From NCBI GenBank assembly GCA_964234715.1, contig OZ174279.1: DNA of 64,000 nucleotides; one strand, written 5' to 3'. The notes under the pieces are model-generated. The model was not told where the DNA came from. It did not search any database and saw only the letters and a list, made by a program, of their open reading frames with translations. Source of the stretch: Podarcis melisellensis (lineage: Eukaryota). Each line of letters starts with the position of its first letter. Positions within the stretch are counted from its first letter, which is position 1. The position numbers and the translations under genes were made by a program. Of the stretch, positions 39,567 through 49,200 are shown in pieces.

Positions 39567-41245
39567 GACAGGCCCATATCCTTGAAAACAGATATAAAAC
39601 ACAAAGTACATACTTTTACATAGTATGTAGAAACAAATGGATACCTCCCCCCCCCCCCCCGCAAAAGGTTTGTGTACTGTACATGCAGTCATATTGCATA
39701 TTGAAGTATGTGAAGGAACAAGGTTTACAGAATATAAAGAAATGGTTAATAAACAAAAACTTAAAACTAGGACTTTTTTTTTTAAGTAGAAGATCCTATT
39801 TCTGGTGTTTGGGGGGGGGCAGAGCAGTTAGTTTAGACAACTGACAGCTTAAAATGATATCCAATCAGTTGAGCCATTTTTTTTTCCTAGGCTACAGTCT
39901 GGGTGGCAAAAAATAATGTAAGATAGCAGATTTTGGAAATGATTGACAAATGGTATTCATTTTGATTTCAGACATCCATTCCTTCTCATTCTTGTTAACT
40001 GCAGTTCTTCAGGGCCCCTTTTTATACAAATATATTTCCATGTAAGAAGGTGCAAAATTAGCTTATTTCCTGATTTCTCTGAAGGCAAGGTGTTTCTTTT
40101 GTTGAGCTAGCAGTTACTTACACATCTGTGAGCTTAGATGAATAAAATGGAGGGGGCATGGAGAGATGACTGAAGCTTGAGTCAACCAAAAGTTCTTTCA
40201 TGGTGGCATAAATTCTTTTTTTAAAAATCCTGCTGTAGCAGTGGCAGAAATAAATACATATTTTTCTTTCTCTACTATGCATCTCCAAAGTGCTGTCCAG
40301 TAGTGATGTTTCATTTGGTGAACAGTCAGGTGAATACAGGGTGTTTCTGTCTGGAGGTTGAGTCATCAATATCATCCTGCAATTTCTCTGTTTTGTAGAG
40401 AAACCCAGTCACATTCAACTTGATTGGGGTGCTGGAATGGAAATTTTTGCCTGGTAGTATTGGTGGAGAGGTAAGGAGTAATAATTTATGAACTGAACCC
40501 CAGTCCATTGTGGCTATTCAAATTAATTCAGGAAAAGCTGAGTTGGTTTATGCATCTCTTAAAGAAGAACAGAATGATGGGTGGCCTTGAGATTACATAT
40601 GTTCAGGCTGTGCTAAAAAAGAAGCAAATTTTGATCCAGAATTCTTCAGCCATATAATGTTCTATTTACAACCTTCAATATGCGGTGAAAATGAGATTAA
40701 AAGTAAGTAAATATGAAATACTTAAGCAAGTACGTACTTAGACCACCGGTCCATCTCAGGTAGGGTATACCCTTTTGCATCCTAATTCTGCTGGTACTCT
40801 TATTATTTTATTTTAAGAAAACAAAAACAGCTACAATAATAAAACAATAATAAAAGACAATAAAAGTTGCTCATAAGAATTGTTCATTGTTTGTAGTTAA
40901 CAAATAGCAGAAAATATGGACAGCTACTACTGTACTGGCTCAATAAGATCCAGCATTTACCAAGTATTTTCATGGCTGCTTTGTCAACTGTTTCTAGCAT
41001 GTTGCTTTGGAAGGGCCAGTGAGCATAACAGTACCCAAGGTCACATGAAGGGTGCAGTTGCTTCACTAAGGCTGCTATCCTAACCCCAGTTACCTGGAAC
41101 TAAGCCCCACTGAATTAAATAGCATTTACTTCTGAGTACACATGATTAGGATTGTGCTGTAAAGTTGTGATCCTGTGCACACTTATTTCAGACAGTTCCT
41201 TCCAGTGCATTTCCAAGAGACTCTCAATTGCTTAGTGTATAATCA

Positions 41246-41850
41246 CACGGGTGGCGCTGTGGTCTAAACCACAGAGCCTAGGGCTTGCTCATCAGAAGGT
41301 CGCTGTTCGAATCCCTGCTACGGGATGAGCTCCCATCGCTCGGTCCCTGCTCCTGCCAACCTAGCAGTTTGAAAGCATGTCAAAGTGCAAGTAGTTACCG
41401 TATATTTCGCTCCGCTCTATAAGACGCACCAGACCACAAGACACACCTAGTTTTTGGTGGAGGAAAACAAGTAAAAAAGTATTCTGAATCTCAGAAGCCA
41501 GAACAGCAAGAGGGATTGCTGTGCAGTGAAAGCAGCAATCCCTCTTGCTGTTCTGGCTTCTGGGATAGCTGCGCAGCCTGCATTCGCTCCATAAGACGCA
41601 CACACATTTCCCCTTACTTTTTAGGAGGGAAAAAGTGAGTCTTATAGAGCAAAAAATACGGTAAATAGGTACTGCTCTGGCGGGAGGGAAGGTAAACGGC
41701 ATTTCCGTGTACTGCTCTGGTTCGCCAGAAGTGGCTTAGTCATGCTGGCCACATGACCTGGAAGCTCCCTCGGCCAGTAAAGTGAGATGAGCGCCACAAC
41801 CCCAGAGTTGTCCACGACTGGACCTAATGGTCAGGGGTCCCTTTACCCTT
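41246..41850 (+). mobile_element. Sauria SINE interrupted by a MITE
   Basis: TSD TATAATCA (41238-41245, 41851-41858); SINE halves on either side of 41398-41661. Confidence 0.9.
41398..41661. mobile_element. pogo/mariner-type MITE inserted in the Sauria SINE
   Basis: TA-CCGTATATTTCGCTC...CTATAAGAC / GTCTTATAGAGCAAAAAATACGG-TA; internal perfect 30-bp inverted repeat. Confidence 0.85.
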
Positions 41851-44159
41851 TATAATCAAAGGAGGGAGAAGGGGGGAAAAAAGGAAAATTGAAATGGTCC
41901 GACATTCATCTTGAGCCACCCATACTAGAAAGGTTTTCAATTTCTTGTTTAAAATAATGTATTTTACTTTTCTTTCTTTTTTTAACCCTGGGTACAGAGG
42001 TGCCAGCTAGTGATGATTGTGATTGGTTGTACTGTCCAGATATGATTGGAGGCAGAGGAGAGAATGAGCAATAGTTTAGGGAAGGTTTGAGGTTCAGAAA
42101 GATGATTGGGTGTGCAATGCATTCCCTTCCCCCCTCTCAATGAAGTTTGTATAGGATTGCAGCATAAATCATATAATTAGGATGGATGAAAGGGAGCATA
42201 GATTTGTATATTATTGATATCAGAGGGTGAAAGGTGTTGATTGCAGAGGAACTGGAGGTAGTACAAGCCTCCTTATATTAGAGGTTTCCAGATGTTGCTC
42301 CTAGGGAAAGACATGTTAGTAGTAACTGTTGGGATTGTATGCCAGAAAGAAAATGAGTAGTGAAAGGAGAACAGCAGCTGCTGTTAGCTGATAGCATTTT
42401 TTTAAAATGTTGTGCCATTTTATATTTTTCAGTAAGTGGAGAAATGATAGGAAATGTCTATAGAAATACGTCATTGTGAAATATACTATATTAAAAAGAT
42501 GTGTGTGCTCTCCCTTCTGATTTTCTTCCGTCTTTTCATCCATCCTGCATAAATATGGACGCTCTCCTCTGGTGTATTTCATTGAGTTGTTTTATAGAAG
42601 TGGCTTGTGGAATACTCTTGACTTCAGCTTTGAATAATATGCAGAATGGTTCAGGAAAACATTTCATTTTTACTAATTGGAATGAATTCAGTCAGGGGTT
42701 CAGGGAGGGAAATGTACCATGGATCTTTTTCTCTTGAGGCGATATCACCATAAATGGCTGCATCTAGAAGCAATTCACAAATTATGAATTGTGAGAGCAG
42801 ATTAATGCTACACTGTGCTGTCGATTATTGACAAGTAAATAGTTCCTTGCCTGGAAACCCCCTGATGCCAAATAGGGCCATCCGAATGCTTCCAAAAGGG
42901 AGCTGTTAAACTGGAAACACCTTGATTCAGAATCAGTGCAATTGTGTGTGAAAATTGAAATGATGCAATCGTTTCCATGTATCATATGAGCATGGAAACA
43001 AACTACAGATAACGAGCATGGCACTGAGCAGCTTAAAATTATTCAAGGAGTTGCTGTTGGCATGTTAAAATAGGAAATATTGCCTTGCAGAATTAAAGTA
43101 CGGCTGTGTTGAAGTGTGAGCATGATACTTAAAAAGAGATTTGTTTGTTTATTAAAAATACAATGAAGTTATATAACTTGAAGTTCAACCATTGATTGAT
43201 AATACTATGTTAGGAAAATGCAAAGAGAAATTTATAGTTATTGTAAATTTAAGAGAAAGGATATTTCAAGTTAATTTACTAGTTTAAAAAAATACCCTTT
43301 TGTGAAATTATTTTATTTTTGTAGAAGCCTTGGACTAGACATAAATCCCCAGTGGCTGGTTATAAAAGTTGAAAATAAAACTGATGATGGGTTTTACCTG
43401 CATGCAGAATGTAATAGCTTGCACTGGGGTTATTTAATGTGTAAATACATTCTGTTCAATGCCATTTGGATTGCCTGTAATTTGGGGCTAATATAGTTTT
43501 ACATATATACTAATGAACTGCATTGCCATCTTGCTGTGAGAGGTCTTCTGTCTGTTAAGGATTTAAAACTGTCTGGGTTTTTAAAAAATCTATTTTGCAG
43601 TGCATCCTGGCTTCCCTGGAAGAATATTACACCTGAGAGATATTGGGATAATTTGTTTTGGTTAATAAATTATTTGGATAGTTATGGAATTTTGACTATA
43701 CTTGATTGTCTTTGCTTGTCGCCCCTGAAACATGTTTATTTATGTATAAACTGTTCTTCCTTTTCAGAAGTTTGGAGCTATTTAAGTAGTTAAAATAAAC
43801 TACAGTTTAAAGTAACATATGGTTTAATGTAATGTGTGAACTACGCCACTGAAAACTGAGCATTTGACTAACCTCATTCTGGACATTGGTATTAAAATCT
43901 TTGTGACATACAGCTTGGGACAGTGGATTGTCACATCTTCCTTATTTTAGCAAGCCCTTTATAACATAATTATTAAGTTCAATAATATTTTGTGGGCAAT
44001 ATTCCATGTTCTTAATTTCAGATTTGGATGCGTCTTGCAACACCAGATTTTATGTTTGTATTTGTAAATTTGAAAATTTGCCACTTTTTTATTTTTAAAA
44101 TGCCACCATTTTCCATTTTTCAATCTTTGGTTTTCTAGTAATTTCACATATTTAGAGGA

Positions 44160-44160
<1 letters not shown>

Positions 44161-44208
<48 letters not shown>
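44161..44208. repeat. (AAT)n microsatellite
   Basis: Direct reading. Confidence 0.95.
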
Positions 44209-44210
<2 letters not shown>

Positions 44211-44273
44211 TGATGCAGGCTCTCCATTATGAAACACAGGTTGTGTTACTTTTGTTTTGCCACTGCTGCTATA

Positions 44274-44499
44274 CAGTGGTACCTCAGGTTACATACGCTT
44301 CAGGTTACAGACTCCGCTAACCGAGAAATAGTGCTTCAGGTTAAGAACTTTGCTTCAGGATGAGAACAGAAATTGTGCTCCTGCGGTGCGGCGGCAGCAG
44401 GAGGCCCCATTAGCTAAAGTGGTGCTTCAGGTTAAGAACAGTTTCAGGTTAAGTACGAACATCCGGAACAAATTAAGTACTTAACCTGATGTACCACTG
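44274..44499. mobile_element. Same MITE family as 883-1124, opposite orientation
   Basis: Same TIRs and TA flanks; interior is a diverged reverse complement of 883-1124. Confidence 0.85.
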
Positions 44500-44785
44500 T
44501 ATTCAACACAAGATTATTGTTGATCATTGAGGTTCATATTTAAATATCTGCTTAAAGCTTCAGTCCTAATTACATAAGTCGGACTTCCTTCTGAACTAAC
44601 GTGCATAGAATTTACGCTATCTATCTGTGGTCTGATATACTAGCCCTCCCCAACTTGGTGTCCCCCAAATGTTTTGGAAAACAGCTCCCATTATCTATGA
44701 CCACTGGGCATGCTGACCACTGTGTTTTAGGCAAATGCAACAGAATATTTGCAGGTCTATTATGTATTTATTTTGCTATGCCCAT

Positions 44786-45193
44786 TGTCAGGGAACTGCC
44801 ATCTAAAGCGCCGGGGGCGCAAAGGCTCACTGAGGTTGAGAGAGGAGTAGCAGCGGAAGAGGGAACCAGTAGAGGGCGAGCAAGAACTCCAAGGGAAAGT
44901 GAGTCGGAGGGATGGCTCAGAGACGCTTCCAGCGAAAACAGTGGGGAGGTCTCAGGACCTCCTATAGGGACACCCACACCTCGCCGGAAACTGTCACGCG
45001 GAGAGGCCAGACGACGTGTTTCCGTTAAAGAGCTTTTATGTTGGAAACGATTCCGAAAGCAGCCACTTTCGGATTCTACTAGTGATTGACGCAGCCATGC
45101 TGGAGGGGCTCCGTCACAGGCAGAGGTTTGAAAACCTGATCAAACTCTGAGGGACTTGCATTTTACGCACAAGCAGCTCATCGTCCCATCACA
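44786..45193 (+). repeat. Gypsy 5' LTR
   Basis: TGTCAGGGAACT...CCCATCACA, direct repeat of 49876-50283. Confidence 0.96.
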
Positions 45194-45195
45194 GC

Positions 45196-45206
45196 AATCC
45201 GAAAGT
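45196..45206 (+). promoter_or_regulatory. Self-priming primer binding site
   Basis: AATCCGAAAGT is the exact reverse complement of ACTTTCGGATT at 45065-45075 within the LTR; no TGG-type tRNA PBS after the LTR. Confidence 0.8.
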
Positions 45207-45239
45207 CACCGAAAGCCAGCTTGTGCAGGGAGAAGCATC

Positions 45240-46259
45240 ATGAGCAACCCAGCCGGAACCGGAGGAGCAGGAGCAGCTGGAGGGGGTCCAAGCCTGGAAG
45301 AAAGGTACAGGGCGTTGGAGATCCAGTTGGCGCTGCAAACGGCGAGGCTTGAGGAGAGGAGGGCTCAGGATGCAGAAAAGGGAAAGGAGAAAACCACCCC
45401 GCTCGCCAGAAAGGTGCCAGGATTGGTGCAGAAATTCGGGGGGGATCCCAGGAACTATCATGCCTTTAGAACAGAGATGCAATACGCTCTAAACTTGCAG
45501 TTTGATGACTTCCCCGACGAGGAATCGCGAGTGGCTTTTGTGATTGGCCATCTCGAATCCGGGGCGAAGGATTGGGTTAGACCCCTGATGGCAGCGAATA
45601 ATGAGATCCTAAAGGACACGAGGAAGTTTTTTCGTGCCATGGACCTGATGTTTTCCAGCGATATTGAGCAGGGGGTGGTGCGAAGGCAGTTAATGGCTTG
45701 CCAGCAAGGAAGCAGATCTGTCCGTGAGTACTGGACTGAGTTTACTATGCTGATTCATAAATTGGGGTGGGACCTATCGGCGGAGCCCATCCAAATGCTT
45801 TTCGAAGAGGGGCTTTCTTCAACCGTCAAAGATGAGCTTTCCCGGGGGCCCAGGGCGGAGTCTATGGATCAGTTAACCAAATCTGCGCTGTGCATAGGAG
45901 CGCGCCAGGAGGCGAGGGCTTTGGAAAAGCGGGAAGGGAAAGGAGACCGTTGGAGGGAGTTCCGCATTCCAGACATTCCAGAGCCACCTTTCCCGCCGGC
46001 AGAGCCGATGGAAGTTGGAACAGCGCGGGCGCGCGCAGTTTCAAATCCCAGTGACGGGCGGAAGAAGGAGGGAAGGAGCGCCAAGAGATGTTATCTCTGC
46101 CAACAGCCAGGGCACTTTGCCAGAGTCTGCCCACAAAGAAAGGAATGGCAAGGGATGGCAGGAGCTGTTGGGGGAAAGGAAGAGGAAGGCAAGGAGCAAG
46201 TAAAAGCCAACGCCTGGCTGCCACCGTCGGGGCACAGCAGCCAGGCCAAAGAGCAGTGA
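45240..46259 (+). CDS. Gypsy Gag (339 aa from first ATG after the PBS), capsid-like domain plus CCHC zinc knuckle
   Basis: ORF-track frame 45156-46259, first ATG at 45240; KFGGDPRNYHAF, QGSRSVREY, FEEGLS and CYLCQQPGHFARVC motifs. Confidence 0.9.
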   Translation: MSNPAGTGGAGAAGGGPSLEERYRALEIQLALQTARLEERRAQDAEKGKEKTTPLARKVPGLVQKFGGDPRNYHAFRTEMQYALNLQFDDFPDEESRVAFVIGHLESGAKDWVRPLMAANNEILKDTRKFFRAMDLMFSSDIEQGVVRRQLMACQQGSRSVREYWTEFTMLIHKLGWDLSAEPIQMLFEEGLSSTVKDELSRGPRAESMDQLTKSALCIGARQEARALEKREGKGDRWREFRIPDIPEPPFPPAEPMEVGTARARAVSNPSDGRKKEGRSAKRCYLCQQPGHFARVCPQRKEWQGMAGAVGGKEEEGKEQVKANAWLPPSGHSSQAKEQ

Positions 46260-49200
46260 AAGTGCCCATGCCGGAACCTCCCAGACCCGCTTTAGTGATA
46301 GAGGTGTTACTAGAACTGCCAAACGGACACCCACTAAAGATCAAGGCGCTTTTGGATTCAGGCAGCTCCTGTAATTTCATGAGTAAGGAGTTTGCAGCTG
46401 AGCACCAGATACAGACCATCCCTTTAAGTAACCCCTTGCAGGTGACTACGATTGACGGCAGAGAGCTGTTGGGGGGAGAAGTTAGCCAACAGACTGTCCC
46501 GATGATAATGAGGGTGGCAAGGCACACCGAACAGATAGCGTTTAATGTGGCCATCCTGGGAGGAGCGCCCATCATTTTGGGGATGAGCTGGCTGGCGCTA
46601 CACGATCCGCTAGTGGGCTGGCATCAGAGGGTGGTCTCCTTTGGGTCAGCGCATTGCCTAGAACACTGCAAGGAGGGGAAGGTTTCGGGAGGAGACAGAG
46701 TCACCCTAGCCGGGATGGAAGTAATGGACAAAGGGAAGGTGCCCCCGCAATACGCAGATCTGAGCAACGTATTCAGCGAAAGGGAAGCAGACAAACTGCC
46801 ACCGCATAGACCCTTTGACTGTCAAATCAACCTACTCCCTGGGGCCCAACTCCCAGTAGGCAAGCTGTACGCCATGTCAGACAGGGAGATGCAGGAGCTG
46901 AGGGAGTTCATTGACAAAAACCTGAAGCGAGGTTTCATCAGAGAGTCCCGAGCGGTGGGGGGCAGCCCAGTGTTTTTTGTGGACAAAAAGAACACAGACA
47001 AACCGAGACTGGTGTGTGACTTTAGGGCCCTCAATGCAGTGTCGGAGCCCCTGGCTTTCCCTATGCCCCGAATTGATGACATTTTGACCAGAGTAAGGAA
47101 GGGAAAGATTTTTACAAAGCTGGACCTGCGGGGGGCGTACAATCTGATACGCATAAGGAAGGGAGATGAATGGAAGACCACCATGTTTACCCCTTTGGGA
47201 GCCTTTGAATACCTCGTTATGCCCTTCGGTCTACAAGGGGGCTCCGCGTGTTTTCAAGCTTTTATAAACCACGTTCTGGGACCTTTGCTCTACAAGAATT
47301 GTGTGGCCTTTTTAGACGACGTGTTGGTGTATTCGGAAGATGAGGAACAGCATGTGAGGGACGTTCGAGAAGTGTTGGGCAGGCTGCAAGCCAACCAGCT
47401 GTGGGTGAAACTGGAGAAGTGCCAGTTTCATACCAAGGAGGTGGAATTCCTGGGGTACCGCTTGTCAGACAAGGGATTGGCCATGGATCCAGGCAAGGTC
47501 CAAGCGGTACTGGAATGGAAGACACCGAAGACCAAGAAGGACGTGCAAAGATTCTTGGGGTTTGGGAACTTTTATCGGAAGTTCATCAAGAACTTTGCCC
47601 ACTTGACGGCGCCCATCACCGACTGCCTCAGCAGCAAGAAGAAATTTGTTTGGACGGTAGAGGCGGATCGAGCCTTTGAAGAACTGAAAAGGGCTTTCGC
47701 CTCGGAAGAACAACTTCTGCATGTGGATTTACGAAAACCCATGAGAGTGGAAACCGATGCATCCGACCGGGCGGTAGGGGCGGTCCTTCTTCAACCGGGG
47801 AGGAGTGCGTCGGAGTGGAGACCGTGTGCCTTCTTCTCGCGGAAGCTGAATAAATCCGAGAGGAATTACACGGTGTATGACAGGGAACTACTTGCCATTC
47901 ACGAAGCATTCCGGAGGTGGAGACATTTATTAATTGGGGCACAACACAAGGTGCAAGTGTGCACCGACCGCAAGAATTTAGAGTATTGGAGAACAGCTCG
48001 AGTGCTCAACCAACGACAAGTGAGATGGGCACAGGAATTCTCCAAATTCAACTTTGAAATTTGTTATGTGCCAGGCCCAGAAAACGTCAGGGCGGACACG
48101 CTCTCACGCAAACCAGAGTATTGGGAAGGGGAGGGGGTGATCGAAGAGAGACATGTCATCCCTGAGGACCGCTGGGTGTGTGGGGCGGCGCTGGTGGGGC
48201 AACGAGAACTGGTAGAGGAAACGGAAAATGATGAATATGCCCAGGATAAGCTCAGAGGTCTCAGGGGGGAGGGCGAGAGCCCCGGAGGTTTTGAGGAAAG
48301 AAATGGGGCATTGTATTACAAAGGGGCACTGTATATACCCGAAGGTGAATTGAGGGGGAGAGTACTCAAGCAGTTGCATGATAGCCCCACGGCGGGACAT
48401 TTTGGACAACACAAGACCATGTGGTTGGTTACCAGGGAATTTTGGTGGCCCAAGGTGAGGGAAGATGTAAGGGAGTATGTAAGAGGGTGTGACCAATGTC
48501 AGCGAGCCAAAGGGGAAAGAAGGGCGCCGGCAGGGTTATTAGAACCATTACCCACACCAGAACGGCCTTGGGAAGCGATATCAATAGATTTTATGACGGA
48601 TCTGCCAAAGTCCAAGGGGAAAACAGCCATCATGGTAGTAGTAGACCTGTTAACTAAGATGTGCCACTTTGTAGCATGCTCACATGCAGTCACAGCGGAA
48701 GAAACAGCGAAGTTGTTTGTAGAACACATCTTTAGGTTGCACGGGGCTCCCTTGAGGGTGATCTCAGATCGCGGCAAACAATTTACTTCCAGGTTCTGGA
48801 GGAAGCTCATGAGCTTGCTGCACGTGGAAGTCAATTTTTCAACTGCCCGGCACCCTGAAACCAACGGGCAGGCGGAAAGAGCAAATGGCATTCTTCAACA
48901 ATATCTGAGGTGTTATGTCAATGACAGAGAGAACGATTGGGTCGAAAAGTTGGCGTTGGCAGAATTTGCCTACAATAATGCGGAGAATGTGTCCACAGGG
49001 ATGAGTCCCTTTTTGGCTAATTACGGGTGTCACCCCAGGGCATTTCCAGGGGAAGGAGGGGAGAGATGGAGCGTCCCAGCGGCTGAACATTTTGTAGAAG
49101 AGATGGAAGCGATCCATCATCAGCTCCAGCTCAACTTAGAAAGGGCTAAGGCACAATATAAGAAGCAGGCAGACAAGAACAGAAGGGAAGGTGAAACCAT

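Noticed and set aside
44601-45089. 162-aa ORF ending like Pol
   Set aside because: GTG-initiated flank that happens to be in frame with the coding LTR; duplicate of the Pol tail, not a gene.
46088-46198. Independent Pol start at 46088
   Set aside because: Non-ATG start inside gag; Pol is better explained by -1 frameshifting.
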